Shown here: positions 51,915 to 59,989 of the stretch, piece after piece
Layout: every line of letters begins with the position of its first letter
How positions within the stretch are numbered: position 1 is the stretch's first letter
Origin: Actinomycetes bacterium
GTDB taxonomy: Bacteria; Actinomycetota; Thermoleophilia; Solirubrobacterales; JACPNS01
Assembly (NCBI GenBank): GCA_023404495.1
Contig: JAEYBE010000045.1
Coordinates: 6,970 to 70,969, forward strand
Direction of reading: 5' to 3'
Length of the DNA: 64,000 bases
The notes under the pieces: model-generated
Told to the model about the DNA's origin: nothing
The model's database searches: none
What the model saw: only the letters and a program-made list of their open reading frames with translations
Translations under genes and position numbers: made by a program

Positions 51915-52202
51915 ATGGATAGTAAATACTCAAAAACAACGACGTTTTATACGTCACAGGAGGTAGCTGAACTCTGCAAAATCAGTCCACGCACCGTCAT
52001 GCGTGCAATCGGAAATGGCGAACTGCCGGCGGCGTTGTTCGGCGAGGAGCGGTGCTACCGCATCCTCGCGAGCGACTTCGCAGCATGGGTTGATCGGCGC
52101 ATTGAATACGCCGCATCCAAGGCTAGGTCTCGGAAGGGTTCACGCGGAACGCCCTACGTTCCCGGTTCGCTTCCGAGGGGAGCGTTTCTTCCCACCAACT
52201 AG
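51915..52202 (+). CDS. helix-turn-helix DNA-binding protein (excisionase / HTH_17-like)
   Basis: FYTSQEVAELCKISPRTVMRAIGNGELPA is an Xis/MerR-type HTH. It is convergent with, and overlaps, the 3' end of int. Confidence 0.6.
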   Translation: MDSKYSKTTTFYTSQEVAELCKISPRTVMRAIGNGELPAALFGEERCYRILASDFAAWVDRRIEYAASKARSRKGSRGTPYVPGSLPRGAFLPTN

Positions 52203-53357
52203 TTGATGACCCAACTTCGCGGGCTTCGTGCCCGCGGAGTTCACTTTCTTCCGGGCGCTGATTATTTCGGCGTCCGGATCTATTGCACCTTGACCCACGA
52301 ACTGGTCAATCACCTTCGCGTAGGTCGTCTCGGTCATGGTGAGTTCATGCCCCATTTGGTAAGCGATCTCAAGGTTGCTGAGCCGCTGCTCCTGAATTAG
52401 AAGGCTCGCAAAACTATGCCGAAGGTCATAAGGGCGCAGGCTATTCAGCCCAACCGCCTTTGCTGCCGGCTGGTAGTACCGACGCCGCCAATTCCGATAG
52501 GAGCTGTCCATCCAGGCACCGCCGCCGCGAGTGTAAAAAACCAGATCATCGGCACCGGGGAACGATGACCGTGAACGCCAATCAAGAAGATCCGCGCTCA
52601 AGGAGGGAAGCAGCGAGACCTTTCGCGTCCCCCTTTTTGTTTTCGGTTCTTTCGGGACCCCGTTCGCCAGCGCCTTGTCCACTCGTATGCCGTCCGGCAG
52701 CACATCGTTCCACCGCAATGCAAGTGCTTCCATAGGACGAAGTCCGGCGTATCCCAGCACCCCAACCAAGACCGCATCCATTTCGCGGTTCTGCGCCAAC
52801 AGTTTTGCCCTGACGCCCTCAACTAGAAGTGGACCCGGGACGGGCGGAGCAATTACGCGCTTCGCCGCGGCCGGCTTTCGCACAGCGCGGGCGGGATTAA
52901 CTGAAATGTATTCCAGTTCAACAGCGTGTTCCAACACGCCCTGAAGAATTGACAACGTCCGTCGGATGGTCGGGTCACCGACGCCGTCTCGGATCATTTC
53001 TTGCTTGAAATCAGAAACAGTCTTCGGACGAATTGCGCGAAGCTGCATTTCCCCGAAACGGTTAACGATGCGCTTGAACTGACGCCGATGAACGACCTGC
53101 GTATTTCTCGCAAGCTCGCCCCACCGATTGGGCTGATACTCGTGGAGCATGAATTGCCCGAAAGTCGTCTTTGAAGCCGTCAGTCTCCACTCTTCGCCGC
53201 CACTCCTAGCGAGAGCAATCTCCTTGTCGCGGCGGTTCGCCTCTCTCCACGAGCTGCACGTTTCAGAATGCTTCTTCCCCTGCTGGTCGATCCAGCGCAC
53301 CCGATACGAATGCCCTACGACCTTTCCGTTTTTTGTCCGCTCGCGCTTTTCAATCAT
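52140..53357 (-). CDS. int: tyrosine-type site-specific integrase
   Basis: N-terminus YRVRWIDQQGKKHSE is an arm-binding type. Catalytic R (GLRPMEALALRWNDV), H-x-x-R (YDLRHSFASLL) and H...Y (GHELTMTETTYAKV). Start set at ATG 53357, since the longer ORF runs into attR. Confidence 0.9.
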   Translation of the reverse strand: MIEKRERTKNGKVVGHSYRVRWIDQQGKKHSETCSSWREANRRDKEIALARSGGEEWRLTASKTTFGQFMLHEYQPNRWGELARNTQVVHRRQFKRIVNRFGEMQLRAIRPKTVSDFKQEMIRDGVGDPTIRRTLSILQGVLEHAVELEYISVNPARAVRKPAAAKRVIAPPVPGPLLVEGVRAKLLAQNREMDAVLVGVLGYAGLRPMEALALRWNDVLPDGIRVDKALANGVPKEPKTKRGTRKVSLLPSLSADLLDWRSRSSFPGADDLVFYTRGGGAWMDSSYRNWRRRYYQPAAKAVGLNSLRPYDLRHSFASLLIQEQRLSNLEIAYQMGHELTMTETTYAKVIDQFVGQGAIDPDAEIISARKKVNSAGTKPAKLGHQLVGGKKRSPRKRTGNVGRSA

Positions 53358-53490
53358 TGGCGACAGCCCTTCAGATTGAGTATCGGACACAACGGACAAG
53401 AACTTTGACCCATTTGTGCCCCAAAAACTGATGCGAGACCGGCCAACATGGTCAGAAGAGCTAATAAACACGCCACTCATGAGGGTTTGT

Positions 53491-53546
53491 ACCCCTTCAT
53501 TACGAGTGAAGTGCTCTACCAACTGAGCTACGTCGGCGCAGTCTTG
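53491..53546. repeat. attR: 56-bp direct repeat containing a 5' fragment of tRNA-Thr (no T arm or 3' acceptor)
   Basis: Identical to 48175..48230. It is preceded by non-tRNA sequence (..GAGGGTTTGT). Confidence 0.85.
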
Positions 53547-53619
53547 GGGCTCTGCGCTTGACTACTGCGCCCCAAGCAGCGAATGCAAATCGTATCGTCC
53601 GCGCGGGGCCTGGCCAAGC

Positions 53620-53991
53620 TCAGCGCCCGCGCAGTCGATCCATCTTCCGCCGATCCCGCTTCGTCGGTCGTCCGGCACCGGCTGCACGTTCAAACACCGT
53701 CGGATCGAGCTCGCGCCGTCGCGCCGGACGTGGCCCACTGTGATCGACGAAGCACTCTGCCGCGACCGTGGCGCCCACGCGTTTCTCGATCGGGCGCACC
53801 ACTTCAAGCTCGCGCGTCCAGTCCGGGGCCACCGCCACCGTCAGGCGATCGCCGGAGCGCACCACGGAAGATGGCTTGAGGCTTCGCCCGCCCATCCGGA
53901 CCTTTCCGCCGGTGCACGCGTCCGCGGCGAGCGTGCGTGTCTTGAACACCCGCACTGCGGCAAGCCATTTGTCGATTCGCACGCTCTCCAC
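53620..53991 (-). CDS. S4 domain RNA-binding protein, Hsp15 (HslR)-like
   Basis: VRIDKWLAAVRVFKTRTLAADACTGGKVRMGGRSLKPSSVVRSGDRLTV closely parallels E. coli Hsp15 (VRLDKWLWAARFYKTRALAREMIEGGKVHYNGQRSKPS). In-frame GTG start at 53991. Confidence 0.75.
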   Translation of the reverse strand: MESVRIDKWLAAVRVFKTRTLAADACTGGKVRMGGRSLKPSSVVRSGDRLTVAVAPDWTRELEVVRPIEKRVGATVAAECFVDHSGPRPARRRELDPTVFERAAGAGRPTKRDRRKMDRLRGR

Positions 53992-54156
53992 GATCAGCCC
54001 ATTCTCGCGCAACGCGCGGGGCAGGACGCGCCCCCGGGGCAGCGACCCCGGCCCCCAATAACGGGTACTCGCCGGTAGGATTGCGGGGACTCGGCCGGAT
54101 GATCGCTCGTGCGCGTTGGATCCGCCACCACTGCCCGAAGGAAAGGCACAACAAGA

Positions 54157-56586
54157 ATGCTCAGCTCTCGGCCACTCCCATCGACTCTGCGGCTCGCGCT
54201 CGTCCCGCTGGTCGCATTGCTCACCTTGCTCGTGTTCGCCGCCGACGACGCAGAGTCGAAGCTGCGCAGCCCGCATCTCGAATCCACCTGCCCAGCCGGG
54301 TTCACCTACGGCGAAATACTCAACGGCCCCTGGCGCGTGGAAGGTTGCGCGAAGGGCGCCGATCCGCGCGGATCGGAGCTCAAGCGCACCGTCTTCAGCG
54401 GCACCGTCGAGGTGAACGGAATGCTGATCGAGGGAAGCAACGATCTGATCGCCTACAGCTCAAGTGACGTGGCCAACGCATCACGCGTTTCACTGACCAG
54501 CGGCCAGTTCACCACCTACGGCATCAAGCGCGGCTCGGGTTCAACGATCGTCATCGACCAAGCTGGTCGTCCTGCCAAGCGGGATGAGATCTACCGCGGG
54601 AAGATCGATCTCACGCTCGAGACCAACAAGAAGGTCAAAGATGGCACGGCCTTCACGCTCGATATCCCGACATCCTCCAGCGCGAAGATCAACGGGATGC
54701 GCCTGCGCGAGGCGATCACCGGCGCCACCTTGAAACGCGGCGGCGCCGAGCAGACCCTCAGTCCCGACGACCTGCGCCCGCGCAAGCAGGGGAACTCCGC
54801 CGCGACCGTGCAGACCTCCGACGGCACGATCGAGTTCCGCGGCAAGCTCTCCTTTGCCTCATCGGTTTCCTCGTTGCTGCGCGATTGGACGTCGCCCTCA
54901 AAGTTCAAGCTCGTTGACGGCGAAGGCCTGCAGGTCGACAACATCAAGTTCGAACTCGATGCGGTCGTGATCCCGGGCATCGGCGGGTTCAACGACTTCT
55001 CGATCACCTACAACGCAGCGCGCGACGAATGGGTCGGCTCGGTGGACCTTGATCTCGGCGAGGATTTCGTCGAGATCCACTTCCAGGTCAACGTCGACGG
55101 AACCACCGGGGCGATCCTGCGTATCGAGGCCGACGTTACCGGCCTGCGCATCCCGATCGGAAACACCGGGGCGACCCTGCGCGAGATATCCGGATTCTTC
55201 CAGCCGAACCCGCTCGTATTCGGCGGCGGTGTCGGCGCCACCTACGGCCCCAAGCTCGGCTCGTACTACCTCGTCGAGATCACTGGAACGCTCTCGATCC
55301 AGCTCGAGCCGAATTTCCGGCTGGAGACCGGAGGCGCGGCGCGGCTGCTCGCTACCAGCCCCACGAGCCAGCTCGCGCGCGGTAGCTCCGAGCTGATCTT
55401 CGACTCCCGCGGCCTGCTCGCGGTTTCGGCCGACGCCAATGTGAGCGTCGATATCGGCGGTGGCATCGGCGCCGAGGCCAACGCGCGCGGCTCAGGCGCA
55501 TTCTCGACCAAGAACGCTCGCTTCAACATCGAAGCTTCGGTCAGCGGCGAGCTCTTCCTCGGCTTCCTCGGCGACTTCACTGTGGCGCGCATCGACGCCG
55601 TCATCAGCAGCGAAGGCTGGGGCACATGCGCCCAGCTCGTCGAGTTCATCAAGGGCGGAATCGGTCAGCACTGGGGAGACGGCATCAAAGTCTTCACCGG
55701 CTGCGATCTCTCCGAGTACCAGGTGCCGATCAGCACTTCCGCCGCCGTCGCCGGACAGCGATCGTTCGTCGTGGGTCCGGATGTGGACCGAATCAACATC
55801 GAAGTCACTGCAGACGGTCCGGAGCCGAAGGTCGCGCTGATCGCGCCTGGCGGCACACCGGTCGCAAGTTCCGCCGTGCTCGGCCGGCGCAAGGTCGGCA
55901 ACAACGCATCGGTGATCGCGATGCCAGGACAGAGCCAGCAGATCTTCGCCGTGAACAAGCCCAAGGCCGGCATCTGGAAGGTCGCATGGCCGGACGCGAG
56001 CGCGAATGTCACCGGCGTCCGGATCGCTCGCTCGAAGGCTCCGATCGACGCGGACGTCTCGGTGTCTGAAACCGGTACGCCCGGGCAACGCAAGATCCGC
56101 ATCGCCAAGCTGAAGAACCTCGCCGGTGGCGAACGCGCTGTGATCGGTGTACGCACACCCGCAGGCATCGTCCCACTCGGCGAGAGTGGCGGCAAGGATC
56201 TGACGGCCAACTTTGCCGACACGGTTTCCGGCGCGCGTCAGATCGTTGTGATCCCGCTGCGCGACGGAATCCCCAACCCCAGCCGTATGCGCACGCTCGG
56301 ATCCTTCACCTCGAAGCTTCCAGGTGCCGCCAGCGGAATCAAAGCCAAGCGAAGCGGCTCGAGGCTGAAGGTTTCCGCCACGTTGAGAAAGGGGAAGCTC
56401 AAGCCGGGCGCCTGGGTCTACATCCTGCGCTCAAAGGGCAGGCCGATCGCAGCCCGCCGCGGCAAGCCCGGCAAGTCGGTCACCTTCTCGATTCCCGCCG
56501 GCGCAAAGCAGCTCTCTGTCGCGGCAAGACCGATGATCGGTGGGCGCGTGCTGAAGGTGACTCAGCGGACCAAGTCGATCCGGTGA
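54157..56586 (+). CDS. large secreted protein of unknown function
   Basis: ATG 54157 follows GAAGGAAAGG. Signal peptide MLSSRPLPSTLRLALVPLVALLTLLVFAADDA. About 800 aa, beta-rich with a basic C-terminus. No family recognised. Confidence 0.65.
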   Translation: MLSSRPLPSTLRLALVPLVALLTLLVFAADDAESKLRSPHLESTCPAGFTYGEILNGPWRVEGCAKGADPRGSELKRTVFSGTVEVNGMLIEGSNDLIAYSSSDVANASRVSLTSGQFTTYGIKRGSGSTIVIDQAGRPAKRDEIYRGKIDLTLETNKKVKDGTAFTLDIPTSSSAKINGMRLREAITGATLKRGGAEQTLSPDDLRPRKQGNSAATVQTSDGTIEFRGKLSFASSVSSLLRDWTSPSKFKLVDGEGLQVDNIKFELDAVVIPGIGGFNDFSITYNAARDEWVGSVDLDLGEDFVEIHFQVNVDGTTGAILRIEADVTGLRIPIGNTGATLREISGFFQPNPLVFGGGVGATYGPKLGSYYLVEITGTLSIQLEPNFRLETGGAARLLATSPTSQLARGSSELIFDSRGLLAVSADANVSVDIGGGIGAEANARGSGAFSTKNARFNIEASVSGELFLGFLGDFTVARIDAVISSEGWGTCAQLVEFIKGGIGQHWGDGIKVFTGCDLSEYQVPISTSAAVAGQRSFVVGPDVDRINIEVTADGPEPKVALIAPGGTPVASSAVLGRRKVGNNASVIAMPGQSQQIFAVNKPKAGIWKVAWPDASANVTGVRIARSKAPIDADVSVSETGTPGQRKIRIAKLKNLAGGERAVIGVRTPAGIVPLGESGGKDLTANFADTVSGARQIVVIPLRDGIPNPSRMRTLGSFTSKLPGAASGIKAKRSGSRLKVSATLRKGKLKPGAWVYILRSKGRPIAARRGKPGKSVTFSIPAGAKQLSVAARPMIGGRVLKVTQRTKSIR

Positions 56587-56663
56587 ACGCGGCGTAGCGG
56601 AGAAGGATTTCGCGGCGCATGAGTCGTGGGCGTTGAGCACGCTTGCGTCCGCGCAATTAGTGT

Positions 56664-59012
56664 GTGATCGTGAGCGCGCAACAGCAGACGCCGCCGGCCG
56701 AACTGATCGCCTGCCGCGGCTTCCATGAGATCTCGCTGGCCGACGCAGATTGGGCCGGCGGGAAGGGCGCAAATCTCGGCGAGCTGACCGGGCTAGGCAT
56801 CGCGGTGCCCTCAGGGTTTGTGATCGGCGCACCGGCCTACGCAGCCTTTTGCGACCGCACCGGACTGCGCGAGCGTTTGGCAGAAGTGCTCGACGGCCTG
56901 GACCCCGAAGACTCTGAAGACCTCGCCGCCAGGGCCGACGCCACACACCAACTCGCTGGCCACACGCCGCTTCCCCACGCGATCGCCTCCCAGATCGGAG
57001 CGGCGTACGGGCGGCTGCGTGCGGGCGACCCGGACCTGCCGGTTGCGGTTCGCTCTTCGGCGATCGGCGAGGACGCCTCGGGCGAGTCATTCGCCGGGAT
57101 GCACTCGTCCTACTTGAACGTGCGTGGCGAACAGGAATTACTTGAGGCGGTCAAGCGCTGCTGGGCCTCCCTCTTCTCTGCCCGCACGCTCTACTACCGC
57201 GCCACCCGCGGACTGCCGCTTGCTGAGATGGACATCGCCGTCGTCGTCCAGAAGCAGCTGATGGCCAAACGGTCGGGCGTGATGTTCACTGTCGATCCCA
57301 CCAGTGGGCGCGAAGACCGCCTGGTGATCGAGGCATCGCTCGGGCTGGGCGAATCGATCGTCTCCGGTGCCGTCACGCCTGACCAGTTCGTCTTCGCCAA
57401 GGGCCCGGAGAACGAGTACTCACCGATGCTGGTCGAGAAGCGCGTTTCACGCAAGGAGATCGCGATCGAGCCGCAGGCCGGTGGCGGCACGGCAGAGCGC
57501 TCGCTCGATCACTTCGCTTCGACGCGCGCCGCGATCCTGGAGTCTGAGGCCGCCCAGATCGCTCACGTCGGGTTGCAGATCGAGCGCCATTACGGCGTCG
57601 CACAAGACATCGAATGGGCGTTGGACAACGCCGGCACGCTCTGGATCGTGCAGTCGCGGCCGGTGACGGCAACCGGCGGGGCTTCCGCCGCCCCCGTGCC
57701 GAGCGGCGAGCGTGGCGGCGTGCTCTTGCACGGCGTTGGCGCTGGCCTCGGGAGCGCGACCGGGCCCGTGCGGCTCATCGACTCGCCGAAGCAGGCCGGT
57801 CAGCTGCGCGAGGGCGAGCTGCTGGTCGCGCACACCACGCGTCCCGACTGGGTTCCGCTGATGCGTCGCGCTTCCGGGATCATCACCGACAGCGGCGGGA
57901 TCACCTCGCACGCGGCGATCATCGCGCGCGAACTTGCGATCCCGACAGTCGTCGGGACCGGGCGCGCAACTGAGGTCCTGACCGACGGCGAGATCGTGAC
58001 GATCGATGCCGCCACTGGCCAGGTCTTCTCCGGCGCGCGCAGAGCTTCCGAGATGCCCTTGCCGGACGGTCAGCGCGCGGTGCCTATTGCGACGACCTCG
58101 CCGCCGGCCAACCCGAACGCGCCGGCGATCGAGACCAGGACCAAGCTGCTGGTCAACCTCTCTGACCCCGAGCAGGCCGACCACGCCGCGTCGCTCGAAG
58201 TGGACGGCGTCGGGTTGCTGCGCGCTGAGGTGCTCGTCGTGCATGCGCTCGGCGGACAGCACCCGCAGTTGCTCGTTGAAGAAGGCCGAGGCGCTGAGTT
58301 TGTCGATCGCATGGCCGAGCAGCTGATGCGCTTCACCGCGGCGTTCGATCCGCGACCGGTCACATACCGAACGATCGACTTTCGCACCAACGAGTTCCGC
58401 GACCTCGAAGGCGGCGAGAAGTTCGAGCCGGTCGAGGACAACCCGATGCTCGGCATGCGCGGTGTGCAGCGCTATCTGCGCGACCCGAAATTCTTCGCGC
58501 TCGAACTTGAGGCGATCCACCGCGTCTACGAGCGCGGCTTCAAGAACCTCCACGTGATGCTTCCGTTCGTGCGCAGCGCTGCCGAACTTGAGCGCTGCCG
58601 GGACCTCGTCGCGCGCGCCGGACTTTCCTCCCTGCCGGAGTTCGAGCTGTGGGTGATGGCGGAGGTGCCGTCGATGCTCTTCTTCCTGGAGGACGTCGCA
58701 CGGCTGGGAGTCGCCGGGATCTCGATCGGAACCAACGACCTGACGCAGCTGCTGCTTGGCGCCGACCGCGACTCGGCGACGCTGGCCGAAACCTTCGACG
58801 CGCGCGACCCGGCGGTTGTCGCATACCTACAGCAGCTGATTCCGAAGGCCCGCGAGCTGGGGCTTTCCACGTCGATCTGCGGCCAGGCCCCGTCCGACTA
58901 TCCCGAGTACGCCGAAGTGCTCGTCGCAGCGGGGATCGACGCGATCTCGGTCAGCATCGACGCGGTGCCCTCGACACGCGCCAACATCGCCGCGGCCGAG
59001 GCGAAGGCCTGA
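56664..59012 (+). CDS. ppsA: phosphoenolpyruvate synthase (pyruvate, water dikinase)
   Basis: N-terminal ATP-grasp WAGGKGANLGEL, phosphohistidine swivel GGITSHAAIIARELAIPTVVG, and C-terminal PEP-utilizer TIM barrel GISIGTNDLTQL. Confidence 0.9.
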   Translation: MIVSAQQQTPPAELIACRGFHEISLADADWAGGKGANLGELTGLGIAVPSGFVIGAPAYAAFCDRTGLRERLAEVLDGLDPEDSEDLAARADATHQLAGHTPLPHAIASQIGAAYGRLRAGDPDLPVAVRSSAIGEDASGESFAGMHSSYLNVRGEQELLEAVKRCWASLFSARTLYYRATRGLPLAEMDIAVVVQKQLMAKRSGVMFTVDPTSGREDRLVIEASLGLGESIVSGAVTPDQFVFAKGPENEYSPMLVEKRVSRKEIAIEPQAGGGTAERSLDHFASTRAAILESEAAQIAHVGLQIERHYGVAQDIEWALDNAGTLWIVQSRPVTATGGASAAPVPSGERGGVLLHGVGAGLGSATGPVRLIDSPKQAGQLREGELLVAHTTRPDWVPLMRRASGIITDSGGITSHAAIIARELAIPTVVGTGRATEVLTDGEIVTIDAATGQVFSGARRASEMPLPDGQRAVPIATTSPPANPNAPAIETRTKLLVNLSDPEQADHAASLEVDGVGLLRAEVLVVHALGGQHPQLLVEEGRGAEFVDRMAEQLMRFTAAFDPRPVTYRTIDFRTNEFRDLEGGEKFEPVEDNPMLGMRGVQRYLRDPKFFALELEAIHRVYERGFKNLHVMLPFVRSAAELERCRDLVARAGLSSLPEFELWVMAEVPSMLFFLEDVARLGVAGISIGTNDLTQLLLGADRDSATLAETFDARDPAVVAYLQQLIPKARELGLSTSICGQAPSDYPEYAEVLVAAGIDAISVSIDAVPSTRANIAAAEAKA

Positions 59013-59019
59013 ACATTCG

Positions 59020-59976
59020 ATGCGCGCCGCGCAGTTCACGGCAGTCGGTCAGCCTCTTGAGCTAGTCGATCGAGCGGAGCCGGTCGCGGAGCTCGGCCAG
59101 ATCAAGCTGAAGGTTGAGGCCTGCGCGGTCTGCCGCACCGACCTGCATTTGATCGACGGCGAAGTGCCGATCGCCCAGCCGCCGCGCATCCTCGGCCACC
59201 AGATCGTCGGCCGCGATGAGCACGACGAGCGCTTTGGCGTGCCGTGGCTCGGCTGGACTTGCGGGAGCTGCAAGTACTGCACCAGCGGCCGCGAGAATCT
59301 CTGCCCGGTTGCGAAGTTCACCGGCTGCGATATCGACGGGGGCTTCGCCGAGTACGTCGTTGCCGACGCGCGCTACGCCTTCCCGCTGCCCGAGGCCCGC
59401 GGGGCGATCGACCTTGCCCCGTTGCTCTGCGCGGGGTTGATTGGATACCGCTGCCTGACAATGTGCGGCGAGAGCGCCGAACGGATCGGGATCTACGGCT
59501 TTGGCGCAGCGGCCCACCTGGTCATCCAGGTCGCCGAGCACCAGGGCCGGGGCGTCTACGCCTTCACGCGCGCGGGCGATGAGTCCGCACAGAAGTCTGC
59601 GCTGGGGCTTGGTGCGGCTTGGGCCGGGTCCTCAGATCAAGCGCCACCTGAGGAGCTCGACGCAGCGATCATCTTCGCGCCAGTCGGCGAGCTGGTGCCC
59701 CGCGCGCTCAGCGCAATCGCGCCCGGCGGCACCGTCGTCTGCGGCGGGATCCACATGAGCGAGATCCCGGCGTTCGACTATGCGCTGCTCTGGCACGAGC
59801 GCGAGCTGCGTTCGGTCGCAAACCTCACGCGGCGCGACGCGAAGGAGTTCCTGCGGCTTGCGCCTGAGGTGCCGGTTAGTACTAAGGCCGTGGCGTATCC
59901 GCTGGAAGACGTGAACGTGGCATTAAACGACCTGCGCGCCGGCGCTTTCAACGGTTCGGCGGTTGTGGTGCCCTGA
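59020..59976 (+). CDS. zinc-binding alcohol dehydrogenase family protein
   Basis: VEACAVCRTDLHLIDGE and the structural-zinc Cys cluster CGSCKYCTSGRENLC. GIYGFGAAAHL Rossmann motif. Confidence 0.9.
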   Translation: MRAAQFTAVGQPLELVDRAEPVAELGQIKLKVEACAVCRTDLHLIDGEVPIAQPPRILGHQIVGRDEHDERFGVPWLGWTCGSCKYCTSGRENLCPVAKFTGCDIDGGFAEYVVADARYAFPLPEARGAIDLAPLLCAGLIGYRCLTMCGESAERIGIYGFGAAAHLVIQVAEHQGRGVYAFTRAGDESAQKSALGLGAAWAGSSDQAPPEELDAAIIFAPVGELVPRALSAIAPGGTVVCGGIHMSEIPAFDYALLWHERELRSVANLTRRDAKEFLRLAPEVPVSTKAVAYPLEDVNVALNDLRAGAFNGSAVVVP

Positions 59977-59989
59977 GCGCGCCGCGCAA

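Larger units (their letters stand above)
48175..53546. mobile_element. integrative element (about 5.3 kb) inserted in tRNA-Thr: int, xis-like, rep-like, R-M cargo
   Basis: Perfect 56-bp direct repeats. A tyrosine integrase sits next to one end. The interior is visibly AT-richer than the flanks, especially 51760-51915. Confidence 0.8.

Noticed and set aside
53358-53522. N-terminal extension of the integrase ORF running into attR.
   Set aside because: It would place coding sequence inside the tRNA-derived repeat. The conserved integrase N-terminus (MIEKRERTKNGK..YRVRW) begins at ATG 53357.
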